Shown one piece after another: positions 48,101 to 60,392 of a stretch of DNA of 64,000 nt. The DNA is taken from NCBI GenBank assembly GCA_002633005.1, contig NMRA01000556.1, positions 1-64,000 on the forward strand, in the 5' to 3' direction. The first letter of the stretch is position 1; every line of letters starts with the position of its first letter. Under the pieces are notes generated by a model, which did not search any database, was not told where the DNA came from, and worked only from the letters and a program-made list of their open reading frames with translations. Source of the DNA: Phoronis australis (taxonomy: Eukaryota > Animalia > Phoronida). Made by a program: the position numbers and the translations under genes.

Positions 48101-50566
48101 ATATTACAGATATTGGTTGAACGATGAGCGCACTGTTTTTGGTGATCTCGAATTGCTGGTTATAAAATTTATCATATGATCTTCACCAGCTTTACATTCT
48201 GTACAATGAGTCATCTGAGCTGCAGTTACCAACACAAGAAAAATGCACAGATGATGTGTGGTTTATATTTTGGCAACAGGTGTCACTGCAGCTCCATATT
48301 ACAACACGTATAGAAAAGCATGAAATGGGCGCAAACTCAAACACTTTAAATGGGAATATCTTGTGGCACAATATAATATTAAAATAATGAAATTTATTTC
48401 GCTTTTGATAATTTTAAAAAGATGAAAAACATTAGACAACAGCTCTGAAACACCAGTTTGGAGTTAACTAAGGTCAGTGTCCCTGTATAAAGCACAGAAT
48501 TACAATTACAGATAAGACCACTGAAAGCAGAAACTGTAGTGGTATACACTTTGGTAAACTGTTGCTTGCTAATGATTGGCAGGTCTTCTCCATACTTTGA
48601 ACCTAGTAACATTGTAACATTTTATATACATAGTATACTTCTTTGAGTTGAAAGGGTCAATATTTCTCTCTTGAACTATCCACATCTTTCATTAACTAGG
48701 AGTCCTAGTAATCTTACAATGTGGGTGTCCAAACTGGTGAAATTCTGATTAACAGTGGGCCTCCTAATGATACAATGGAGGTCCTTGGCAGGGCATTAAG
48801 ACGTCCAGGAAGTACGCTGCACGAAGGCCTGCAGCGAGGCTGTCATCATATCCTGAGAAGTGACGCAAAAACTAAGGAAATGGTGGAGGTACAGGTCACG
48901 AGAGTAGTGTTTTCAAAACCATGACATGCTTTTCATTGTTACAAAAGGCAAGAAAATGACGTTTATTTGATTCTTTTTCACTTAAACAGCTGTAACGGGC
49001 AACACATGAGTGTCAGTTGACTCCCAGATTTTGCTAGGCAACATGTAGCCCCTCGGTTGGCAGGTTAGGGGCTACAATACTTCCTATCGCTTTCTGTACG
49101 AATTTCATCCCGTGTATTTTAAACGGATGGTAGGCCAAATCCGATTGCCATTTTTACCTCATCAAAAATACATTCTACACTTAAAACTACGACATAAAAA
49201 AGCGCTTACTTTCTTCAGAGGTCCTTTCTACTTTTTCACATATCTTTGATGAAGTATAGCTACGACAATTAAGGTAAATTTGGCGAAGAATTCCAACTCC
49301 ACTTTTTGGACATCTTGAACTTTTTCACCACACGCGCGATAACCACAAAGTATTTCAACCGAGTCACGTGACTTAGGCAAAGGCTAGCGCGAGACTGAAC
49401 GAAGCGTACATTTGATGCTCTCACGTGACACTTGCAGAATAGCATGGGAAGGTATCCTGTGAAACTTGTAAGGTTTGTGTCCCTTGGACTTTTTATTCGT
49501 CAACATGTGTGATTTCACGTAACTTCCTCAAAATGGCACCCGGTAAAGGAAGGTCGAGCAAACCGCAACAGATTTTCATGTATGTGTTCAATTTATGGTG
49601 CCTAAATTGTATCCAGAATCTTATGGTATGAGTTACTTAAAACTCCATGTTGCTATGTATGGTTCATTTGATTTTATTTTCTGTATTTTGAAATGAGTAA
49701 CTTCTTATGGGTGATGTACTATCGCCCCTGCAGCATCCAGGCCGATGTAATTGCCTAAGATTTTGCATGCACTCCCGCCAGTCCTTACGTTACGACTTTA
49801 GATCTATATATTGATACAAGTTTCATGGTGGGCTGTATGCAATTTCGAGGAACCTAGCTGTATTTTGACAATAGTCTTCATNTTTATTCGTCAACATGTG
49901 TGATTTCACGTAACTTCCTCAAAATAGCACCCGGTAAAGGAAGGTCGAGCAAACCGCAACAGATTTTCATGTATATGTTCAATTTATGGTGCCTAAATTG
50001 TATCCAGAATCTTATGGTATGAGTTACTTAAAACTCCATGTTGCTATGTATGGTTCATTTGATTTTATTTGCTGTATTTTGAAATGAGTAACTTCTTATG
50101 GGTGATGTACTATCGCCCCTGCAGCATCCAGGCCGATGTAATTGCCTAAGATTTTGCATGCACTCCCGCCAGTCCTTACGTTACGACTTTAGATCTACAT
50201 ATTGATACAAGTTTCATGGTGGGCTGTATGCAATTTCGAGGAACCTAGCTGTATTTTGACAATAGTCTTCATACAGCTTGCTGCCTTGTTGGCTGACTAA
50301 CATTGCCTACACGGGTACAGTGACACTGCGCTCGAGAAGCCTGACGAGAACACTGACACTAGTATCAGTGTTCTCGTCAGGCTGCTCGAACGCGGTCGTA
50401 AGTAGTTGTCTACAGACAACTTAAAAAATAGGCTATACAGATTGCCTGGATATTAAAAAAAGAAACAGGAGTACAGCTAAGAGCTCATACAACACTCATT
50501 TGACAACAAAAAACGTGGTTCACTCTGATATGAAGCGAACAAACCTCGAGCACTGGGGGCCGCCAT
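38503..50566 (-). CDS. MRPS2: Mitochondrial small ribosomal subunit protein uS2m, join(50545-50566,44332-44502,38503-39167), 285 aa
   Basis: The last exon carries the full uS2 domain ([41 protein letters not shown]). The two upstream exons are inferred from phase-1 splice sites and give a basic Ser/Thr-rich presequence [28 protein letters not shown]. Confidence 0.85.
40614..40754. repeat. 14-bp minisatellite (GTCTCTACTAGACT)n, about 10 copies
   Basis: Read directly. Confidence 0.95.
42260..42440 (-). mobile_element. Penelope-like element terminal-repeat remnant with a degenerate minimal hammerhead motif (42373-42414)
   Basis: The minus strand reads ACAC-CTGATGA-T-GGGCGG(agaataga)CCGACC-GAAAC-ATT-GT. 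Confidence 0.55.
44332..44502 (-). CDS. MRPS2: MRPS2 probable exon 2 (mitochondrial presequence)
   Basis: Acceptor TTTTATTTTCAG|CT; donor GAT G|GTAGGC; phase 1 at both ends; open frame. Confidence 0.7.
49314..49445. promoter_or_regulatory. Promoter-like segment in MRPS2 intron 1
   Basis: GTCACGTGAC (49363-49372) and TCACGTGAC (49421-49429) E-boxes, a TAGCGCGAGA BANP/M8-like motif and a local CpG cluster. Confidence 0.4.
50338..50383. repeat. 46-bp near-perfect palindrome (mini-MITE)
   Basis: AGCCTGACGAGAACACTGA..TCAGTGTTCTCGTCAGGCT, with GCTCGA on both flanks. Confidence 0.75.
50545..50566 (-). CDS. MRPS2: MRPS2 probable exon 1 (MAAPSAR)
   Basis: AATATGGCGGC start context overlapping a YY1 motif; donor G|GTTTGT in phase 1. 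Confidence 0.62.
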
Positions 50567-51264
50567 ATTTGTTCTGTGACAATAAGTGATACGAACAACG
50601 CGATATTTTGGAATAGCAATCTTTATTGTACAGTTGTATCAATCAATGTTTAAAAATACTCCAAATGAAATGCATTTAAAATTATTGAAAGTGACAAAAA
50701 CATTTTTGAATTGCGGGTCATGTTTTCGTTTTGCTTTTCTTTTCCAACTGTTTCGGCCCAACGTGCCCAAGTCGTTCTAATAATAAAATACTCCCATCAA
50801 TATGTGGTAAGTTAATCTACAAAAGCACAATTCGTCGCACTTCATATCCTGATTTTTCAATTTTTTAAATGCAATATTAAAATTCTTGTATTCGTTTGAA
50901 AAAGTTACTCTTAGACTTATATAAGAGTTAAGCCAAAATGTCTAAGCATCTGAAAACTTTTACTAGAGCCTTCTAGCCAAACACATTCTGATCTTTTCCC
51001 AACACCCGCAACTGATCAAACTGCAGTTACACAGTATGAACTTTTCATGTTTCAGGATATGCACAGGTTGTTTTTATAATGTACATAAAAGATATTTGCC
51101 TTACTTGAGAAAAAATGATAAACATTCCAAGGCCTTGAAGGCTTGATAGCAAAGAGGAGGGCACTGGTGGGATATAGCGGTCCCTGGTTTAGAGAACCAG
51201 TTTCATCCACTAAATAAGGGGCCCATTATTCAGTGATTGGTTCTCATTATCCGACCAGTGCTAA

Positions 51265-51345
51265 GAGGAGACAGTTAGGTTTAGGGGCATGAGCTCCGGC
51301 TCCCGTTTGGGAGACCTGGGTTCGAATCCTGGCTTCACTGGAAGA
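51265..51345 (+). mobile_element. tRNA-derived SINE head
   Basis: GGAGACCTGGGTTCGAATCCTGG B-box arm; A box degenerate. Confidence 0.45.
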
Positions 51346-53059
51346 CAATTGAGCATTGCACAAAAGTGTCTCCTACTCCTCTGAACTAGTGAGTAAATGA
51401 ATGTATGCGAACCACTTCAGAATTCTCGGCTTCAAGTGTGAAGTGCAAAAGAAGAGGAAGAAAGAAAAACACTAGTAAGTGTTAGGCTGTGGCTGTCTCA
51501 CTGATAACGCACCTTCTATAATGCACCTAAGGGGTGTCAGTGATTAAATAATAGGTAATGAGACTAAGCCATATCAAACTCTAGCGTGTCCAACTTAAGG
51601 CGCTTTCCCATTAGAGGCGAAACTTTGCTTTTTACAGTATCGAAGTTTCGGTATGTGGGAAGGGTCAACTCTGGTAGCTTTACATGTAGTATTAAAGTCT
51701 GCTAGTGATGCTTCACTAAGATAGTAGGATTTAAAAGCGAAGGTAGCTTCGGTACTTGCCAAAACTTCAGTGTAGTGGGAACTCTCAAAACGAACCTTCG
51801 TCGAAGTTACTGGTTGAGGTCGTGGCAACGATATACGATGACACGTGACTCACAAAATGTGTTCTTTGTTATAAAGCGTTGCTAACTCACTCTCCTTAAA
51901 TAAATGAAAGAAAGCATATCTGATGAAGAAACACACTGATAAATACATAAACACTCGTAAATAGCAAAACAATGTTCAGTTAACTTCCAAGCCACTACTC
52001 AATATTCGTTTGAAAGTACAAATTTAATGCATTGTCTGGTGTCTTCTTGGACCGCTGTCTAGTCGGAGACGTAAGCGAAGTTGTGGCTAAGCTTCAGTAC
52101 GCTGAAGCGACCCTACTGAAAAAGTGCCTTTAGAAAACAACATGACTTGTTTCCATTTCATTGATGTTGACCCCAAAAGAAATTGGTCAGGGCTTCCTCT
52201 CAATCTCATGGTCTCGGCGGGGATATGCCTGGTTAATCTTGCCAGTAAGAGTTTTTCAATCTCCGAATTTAATGTAAATTTATTGGTTCTTGTTAAAATT
52301 TAAAAAAATAGTGACGCCAAGAAAATGACCACCACTGTCAATTTTTAGTATGTAGAACTTCGAAGATTTGATAGCACAAACCAATGAGATAAATTAAGGA
52401 GAGTTGAAGTCACATGGTTTATGATGAGCAGAGTGGTCTGCTATACTGGTTGGGGGTGATACTGAGTCGACCTGTTCGTACGCTGCAGTACTAGTATTTA
52501 TCTGCAAAAATAGTCGGAACAGAAGAATCAGAGGGACAAGACACCACATTTCAGAGGTAATTATGCTGCAGTACTTTGTCATTGTTAGTGTTTGATAGGT
52601 GTCTCTGTGATTGAATATTGACAGAATTGGTTTATATGTAGGATGTTTCCCAAATATTGTGCAGTCACCTGTGATTATGCAATGTGAAGCTGTAATGCAG
52701 TTTGGCATTTCCTGGTTTTAAATTGTAGCTGCCAGCCACACTTTGAATTCAATTGAATATCACATTTCACAGTTCTCTGTGTCAGTTTTTTTCAAATCCC
52801 ACCCCACCCCCAGCACAACCATTTTTACAAGTTGTAATGAAGCAATCTTAGGTTACCATCCACAGACACCCTCCTCTTTTCCAGTTTATGAGACACCTTT
52901 GGCGAGAGCTAAATCAATTAAAGTCTGTCCTAAACTAGTTTTAAATACCGGTAATGCATTCTTCCTCTGCATTTTTTCTATAGCAGTATTCCTTACCTAA
53001 ATTTTTATTTTCAACTCCAAGGGCGTTGTATTTCTAATTTTTCATTCATATTGTGGCAG

Positions 53060-54050
53060 GTTTCCCAAAGATAATCGTTGCATAAAAAATGGACGCAAGC
53101 TGTTGGATGAAGCTAGCCTGGTGACAGTTTGTGCTAGTCAGTTCTGTAGTAAGTGTTTTGTGCTAGTCAGTTCTGTAGTGTTTTGCGCTCCCAGTACTTT
53201 TCTGTATTGGTATGTCGGTTAGCCTGAGTGTGCTGTTTAGATGTGGACTATGCTGTCCCATAACTGTTTCTCTTTCACATCTACAGGTAAGTGTAGGGAT
53301 ATCTGTCTAAATTTAGGTATGACGTGGCACCTATGTTACTGTCATTTTATACCAAGGTCACCTTGAGCTATTATTCAGCTCAGTGCATAGAGTAGGTAAT
53401 GACATTGAAGGACACCAGTTTTCTATTGGATTAGCTGAAACACTGACTGAATGCAGTCAAATCTGGTTCTACCTTTCTTCCGCTGCCAACACTCTATTAC
53501 CTGGTATCAAACAAACAAGCCGAGCGCAGAGCCATTGAAAACTCGGAGCATCAGTGGTGTTTTTGGTGCTTGCTGTTCATGCTGCCTTGGTTGCTTCTCA
53601 CCTGTTCCATTTGTGTTTTATGAAAATTATACCACCTCCATCTCATTCATTGTTGTATTGCTTTTTCAGGGGATTGGAACAACAAATTTTTCTGGTGACA
53701 GTTTTTGAGTAATTTTCATCACCTGATTGTCCACAGTGACATTACTCCTGGCCAGCAAGGCAATGTTAGAAGCTGTTTGTATTGCCAGAGTCCGTCAAGA
53801 TCAGCTGCCAACAACATCCAAAACCAATGAGCATGATTACAGCCAGTATTTGATGAGAATAGTATGGCAAGTTTTGTTCTTGAAGCTTTTGCAATCATTT
53901 CATGCCGTGATTGCCGGGAGACCCTCAGTCAAGCGAAGTTCTATCATTTGCTGAGGTTGAAGAACAACATCGGACTAATGGTGCCAACACCTGGAGTCAT
54001 ACACATCTTCATCTGTGCAGAGATGGTCTGCAGAAGAGGCTTGAGTGTTT
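53060..54050 (+). pseudogene. Decayed P-element/THAP9-like transposase (THAP domain and C-terminal domain)
   Basis: cag|RFPKD..KW..VCASQF..AVP*LF|gtaagt (frameshifted THAP); EHDYS motif; ISCRDCRETL..LLRLKNNIGLMVPT..ICAEMVCR matches the P-transposase C-terminus C..C..L..KN.GGL..PS. Confidence 0.65.
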
Positions 54051-55457
54051 TGTTTAACACTTTTTCAATCTGCTTTGTTCAGAAAATTGGTGTAAAGCAT
54101 AAAAGCAGATTGTTTTGTTTTACTATTTTATCTTTTAAGCTATAACAATTGTGGCATGGTTTATGTTGGTTTGACTACATGATTGTGTAAAGTATGCCAA
54201 TCGTTGTTCCCTGCTTACAGGTTATGAGGTAGCATTCTTAGAGGTAGTTTAATAGGAACATTCCAATTTGATGTGTCTTCTAAGAGTTTAGTGACCATAT
54301 TCTCTCCACAACATTGGTATAGCGAGGTTGTAATGTCTGACGGAGCAGGGTTGTAAGTCACAGTACAATATCCTAAATATAAGTGATGTCTTTCAATTAC
54401 ATATTTGTTGAAAGCTAGTCAAAATCAAGGACCTAATACAGGGATATACCCAGGTTTCAAAACCCTGCTTGCCAGATGGGCAAGTGAGCCAGAAAATTTA
54501 CTTCTGTTGCTGAGCCCTTTGCGTCTGTCACCACAAACTTGCTGCCAGTGTTAATAAAATTTAATGCTTAATGTGTTGATGTCACCATCTATTAGGGCTA
54601 CCGTTTTTGCCCTAATAAGCGCCCAGGGTGCTTAGAAAAACTCATTTTGGAAGGGGGGCGCTTGTAGCCTAAGGCGGTTGAAACCCGGTCTCCGAAACGG
54701 GTGAAATCGGAAGCTAGGATTCATCAAATTTACACACTGTGACATATCTGTAACCTATGACAAACTTTCTACAAAACTGTGGTGCATTGCTATCAAGCTT
54801 TGTTGTTAAATTATAATCTTTTTATTCAAAAAATGTGCTGAAATCCTAGGCGAAAACTTGCCGACTGATGCGTCGTCGCCTCACAATCGTCGATAGGGCA
54901 TCTTGAATTCTTGAGTAAAAATAGTTTTGACTCAACAAATTACCTGAAATCCTCCTTAAAGAGATTGGTTCACAGCTATTTAGTTGTAGTTAATGTGTAT
55001 ACACATGTGTTGACTGTTGATGAAGTTTGCTTATAAACCACATTTCTTTTTAGTTCATACCCTATATTCTTCAATTATTCGTTTAAAGCACACTCCCACT
55101 TCCCCACAAAATTTTGAGTGAGAACAGAAGATTTTGAACTTGGGCTATCTTCAGGAACACATCAGGAATTCCTGACCCAATCCCTGCTGAGTCTGTCCAT
55201 AGGTTTGTACTCTTGGCTGGGACTATCTGGCACAAATGGAATCTTTGTGTTTGTTAGAACAGGTTTATTATGCAACTTTTGCCCATTAATTTTCTGAAAT
55301 GTGACACATATGCACATGATCTAGTGTGTTGCCATAAACTTTTACAGTTAGTGGGGACGTGACCTGCGTCCATTGCTGTGTGCCAAGAGGAGTACTTTTT
55401 TCATATGTAGTCGGATTTTTAGATTTAAACTGGTCAGGAGTAAATATTTGAATAAGA

Positions 55458-55637
55458 ATGCCTGACCGTTGTGTAGTTGGAGGCTGTGGCAATACGCCTA
55501 GGTCTGGGGTATCTTGGCACAAGTTTCCCACTGATCCAAGACTGCGTTGCAAGTGAGAATACTTTGCGAAGTCCACAAGTGGAGCGTCACCGTATTCGGT
55601 AGTATGTAGCGAACATATTTCTATGAACTGCTTCTAG
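55458..55637 (+). pseudogene. THAP-domain remnant
   Basis: MPDRCVVGGCGNTPRSGVSWHKFPTDPRLRCK*EYF..VVCSEH; C2CH ligands intact, conserved Trp changed to TGA, early TAG. Confidence 0.75.
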
Positions 55638-57822
55638 ATTGACAGCCTGTGATCAGATTATAATTATAAACCAGGATGGGTGAACTTTTAGAGAGTATTC
55701 AGAACAATACATGTCGTCGCTTTCCACAAGCTAGTGAGCCTTGAGCTAGTATTAACAACCTAACATTCAAAACGGTGGATAGCATCGACGGACACTGTCG
55801 GACAGGATTAGAAGTAACCAGTAGATTGCTTTTCTTTTGAAGTACAGTTTTTGCAACATACCGGTAAGTGTTTGTAGGTGGATATGTTGAATTGCTTGAT
55901 GCTCGTTACCTGTCATTGCAATCCATTGAATTTTAGCCTAGTCGATCGCCAGCTGGACTAAATGAACAGTAAGAGTAGGGCTGTCCAACCGATTTTTTTC
56001 GATTTGCAAAAATATTTCAATATAATCGGAAAGATAATGCATCCCACTCAATAAAAATTGAAAAAGTATCAAAATAGGGTTAAGCAGTGCTCATTTATTG
56101 CATTTTTGGTGGCAAAATTTGGGTCACTTGTTTGGACCTGGTTGGTCATCTTGAACAAGCGGCATAAGTTACGAGTTTAATACCGTGCATAATTTATTTT
56201 CACCAACAATTTATGATGAAATTTAGTGAGAAAGATCTACACCTACTATTCTGAGCGATTCAATAGTTTTCATTGGATTTCAGCCAAGCAGATGTTACTT
56301 TTTGAGTGGTAAAAAAGCTTACAATTCCTGTTGGGCTTGGTGTCATGTCCGGCGGCTCCTACAACATGGCGACTTTTGCTGAACTGAAGGGCATGCTCAA
56401 TCGGCTATTTTGTACTTGGTGAAGTTTTAACTTTATTGATACATTTTGATTAAAGCTGCTACAAGAAAGCAACTTTGCACAATGTTTATGTTTTTGTGCA
56501 AAAAATAGAAGGAATATTCTAATTATTGCAGTGTGAATATCCCATTCAGTTGACCATACACTCAGCTTAAAAACAGTTGGAAATGTTTTGAAATCGTTTT
56601 TTCTTTGAAAGTCAATTACGCTTCAAGGTTTGATTATGTGTCACAACATAATTCATATTTTTCCAAATTTTACGAATGAATCGTTTTTTCAATACATGGG
56701 TTGTAACTTTTTGCTTTCTTAATTCAAGTTATCAAGGCCCAAAATGTAAAGGCTCTTAATTAGAGTAATAGGCCATGTTGGATTGTGAAGCTTCCAGCCT
56801 CCAATCCTTTTTCCACAGCAACTTCTTATTTTTTCAAGTCTTGCTTGTCGAATTCTAATGTAACAAAATACCTGGTCGCATTGGTACTAGTTAGTCATAT
56901 CCACTTTCGTATCCTGTAAATTTGTCTTGTTGTTGGACAACGTTTGTAATGGTTAAATGTTAAAGTACTGTGCATTCTAAGTTACTTATTTTGGTAAGAT
57001 CACATATAAACTTTGCTGTACTGAGATTATTTCAGTTGTGACTTATGTACAGTAGCGGTAACCTTCAACTACCTTGAAAGCCTTTCACTGTAGAAACAAA
57101 ATAGATATTTCCGACTGAAAGCACTTGATTTTAATTTGAACTGTGGATTAAATCATAATCGTCCTCTGATTTGTTCTTTGACTTCTATGACTCAGTGATC
57201 AAAGCATGGTGGAATTAACTTGTAATGAATGGCTGAAATAATATGTTCACTGGCATCGTCAGGTAATATTTTTTGATGCCTTGGGTTTGTTATTATTTCA
57301 ATACATTAACACATGGATTTAAAAAACCAGGTTCAGAAGACTTCCATTTCAAGTGTCCTTGTAATTCTGTCATTGAGATTGCCACCTCCACTCAAATTTC
57401 AATTATATACGTGGTTAAATTAAAATGTGACGCCCTTTTTACTCACTGCTGAAAATGAAAAAAATTAAAACTGCACTATTTTGTATAAGGCTTGATTATC
57501 TGTGATACACTGGTCCTTACTTGGCGAAAAACAATTTAATTATGCCAACGAATGGAGTTGAAAGAAATTATCAAATGAAGCAAGCAAAATTTTGAAGGGT
57601 TGACAATACACAGCTGTCTTTCTGAACTGGCATCACAGACGGTTATGTAATCACATATGCCTGTTCTCAGAATTGACTCCCCTGAAGTTTTAATATTACT
57701 TCAGACTACTTAATAGATTCTTACTTATTTGGAGGAACAATATTTTAAATGTCTCTGTTCAAAGACAAAGAAAAAAATAAAGCAGATATCTCGTGAAAAA
57801 ATAAAGACCATGACGGCGACAT

Positions 57823-58378
57823 CCCCTTGCTCCCAACTTGTTGGATTCTATAGTCGAACAACAAGTTGGGAAGTTTACCCCCATAGCCAATTTCTTACAC
57901 GATTGATTAACTCTAGTTTGGCATGTATGGTTGGAGGGCCTACGCTCTTTTGTTTGTTATTTGCTCTAATCTCCGATAAGATCATATCTAGCTGGATTGG
58001 GCTGGGCTGATAAAAATGAAAGTTAAGTTATAACATATTTGAGCTTAAACCAATAGCATTTCTGAATTCCTCGTCAAATGCTAATCATGTTCCGTTTTTG
58101 AATCACCAAAATCGCCAAACTACAACAGAAGTTAAGACAATGTATTCTGTTCAAACAGATTACCAATGCACTGGGTTTGACTGTGTTCATAGGCATTTGG
58201 TAATAGTGTGCAACCACCATACATAGGCTTCCATTGAAGCCTGAGTGATAAATTGGCCTGCTTGTTATCATCCAGGACAAAAGACTGACCTGGGCAGTTA
58301 ACAAAAGAGCCAGATGTTATGGCATGTTCAGCACCCTTTACCTCTGGAAAAGTTACTGAATGACAGGACGCTGTAATG
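57823..58378 (+). repeat. Interspersed repeat family A, copy 2
   Basis: Homologous to 145-670. Confidence 0.75.
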
Positions 58379-59724
58379 CAAGTATATACGAATAGTAAAT
58401 TTGGTTAGGAAATTTATTCACCTTTCAGAAAATATGTACTTTGTAGGAGTTAAAGCTAACAGAATTAAGATATGTGCACATTATTTCAAGTACAACCTGG
58501 CAAACAAGGTTCACAGTTCCGTTAAACAATTGACCTCATTTCAGGCATAACTTGCATTATCTGTGACAAGTTGTCAACCTGCCAGTCACTATGTTGAGTG
58601 CAGTGAGTGTAATAAGTTCAACAACTGTATCCAAGGACCTGTTGCTGACAGGCCACATTCAAAATTTCTGTGAAAACATGGCAGTCTGTGCTGAATTTTC
58701 TAAATCATACCGTAACCTTAGACTTGACTTCGATTAATTGTCTGATGAGATTATTTGATTCTACTTGAAGTTTAAGCACATGTAATTTCTGCAATCTTGA
58801 CTCGCTCAAAGTGTGGTCACGCACTGGTTTCTGGTGTTTTTTGATGGATATTATGGCGTCACACTACATGCAGATTTTTTAGTCTGCTATTCATGATAAC
58901 CAGTTTGTATTTTGCCAAGATAACTCTGGTGATTGTCAGAGTCAAGTTTGAAGTCATTGAAGTGCTGTTTGAACTGCTAGCAAAACATTACATTTTGGAT
59001 GTTTGGCAATAGTTCAGTACACTGATTCCAGTGCCTTAAACAGGCAATTCCCTTTGTGCCGGGTGTACAATTTGAATTGTGAATAATTGTTTCTATCTAG
59101 AAATTAAAACTAATTTCATCAATTGTTAGGTCTCATCGATATCTCTACTCTCAATGCAATTTATGTAGTTTGTCAAGTGTGTTTCTGTGAATGTTACAAC
59201 AGTTGACCACAACTTTTGGTTGTATCTCACTACCGCTGTGCCTCCTAGTGGTAGTTTTATTTTTTACGATCATGGGTGGTGTCTTCTTATTGAGGGGAGC
59301 GTTGCTGGTTTGGTATGCAACCCCGGGAGACATCTAAGTTACGCATTTCTGCCTTTAGTGTAAATAGGTAAATAAAACAACAAGAATGTATCAACTGAAA
59401 TTTTCGGATATAATAACGTCATTTGTCAACAGAAACAGAAATAAAGTAAAATCAAACACAATTGACATTTAATATGTGGCGTGATGAATATGATACATTT
59501 TTGCGTAAAAAATTCAATGATATAATTTAAGAAGTTGTTATGTTTAATCCATTAGGTTCTAGTGGGAATGTTTAAGATGGTAACATGGTAATCATCCTAT
59601 GTTTGTGTTTTGCAGTTAGAATATATACGCATTGCATTCTGCGGGCTAATAACGAACTATTGTGTTGTTCCGTCTTCGAAATGTTTTAGGCATTAACAGT
59701 AAGCTTAAGTTACATTATAAGATC

Positions 59725-60392
59725 CTATTTTAATCACTGCCCCCTCGTTTGGCACCTATGTGGAATATAGAAAAGTAGGAAAATGGAAAAGATACAACAC
59801 CGTGCTTTAAAATTTGTGTTCAATGACAGCGAGTCCAGCTACTCACAACTCTTAGTTAAGGCTAGGAGCTGCTCTCTAACTAGTTGGCGTATGAAATGTT
59901 TATCTATTGAAGTATTCAAAAATGTTCATATTATTGTACCCTGTCCTTTGTCAGGAAAGCTTGAATTTAGAGAGTCTGGATACAGTCTCAGAGGTGAAAA
60001 CTGTCTCTATGTGAAGTGCTTTAATACGATGACTTATGGATGTAACTCAATCTCCCATAAAGGTACTTTGCTGTGGAACTCATTGCCATCAGTAATGAGA
60101 CAATGTACTACCTTAAATGAATTTGTCACTCTTGCTCATGACTTTTTCTCTGAGATCTGCTCTTGTGAAAACTGCTATGGATGCTAACACGCTCCGTAAC
60201 ATGTATGTGTACTTTTGTTTTTATATTTATGTTTAAGTTCTGTATATTCTCCGTACTGTAGAATTAGCTAGTATTTTAGCTCTGTTCATTTTGTAGATTT
60301 TAAATTTTTCGGATAATAGCACTTGTGCTAACGTTTCATTGTTAATGCTCACCGACTTTTAAATAAAGATTATTACTACATTACTACTACTC
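59725..60392 (+). mobile_element. CR1/L2-group LINE 3' end with UTR, AATAAA and (TAC)n tail
   Basis: FNHCPLVWH..EKIQHRALKFVF..IEVFK..YSLR..LLWNSLP; AATAAA at 60362 followed by TTA/TAC repeats. Confidence 0.8.

Noticed and set aside
48695-48935. Multi-hairpin region ending in TTTTT, with an AAACCAT motif recalling U17/snR30, and minus-strand splice sites
   Set aside because: The m1 motif and ACA spacing do not fit U17, and a diverged copy at about 62945-63080 breaks the stems without compensation; it looks repeat-derived.
49492-50272. Apparent tandem duplication of about 390 bp, and a short [18 protein letters not shown]
   Set aside because: Single-N join at 49882; the ATG reads ATA in the second copy, so coding status is unsupported.
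52394-52708. Minus-strand ORF with MPNC....C and a nearby SVPTIF, suggesting a THAP domain
   Set aside because: The FP, W and CxxH elements are missing and the two motifs are in different frames.
55554-55556. In-frame TGA in a THAP domain as possible readthrough or selenocysteine
   Set aside because: It replaces the conserved Trp by a single TGG>TGA change, and the domain also has HF>HI and stops before the AVPTIF box; simple decay.
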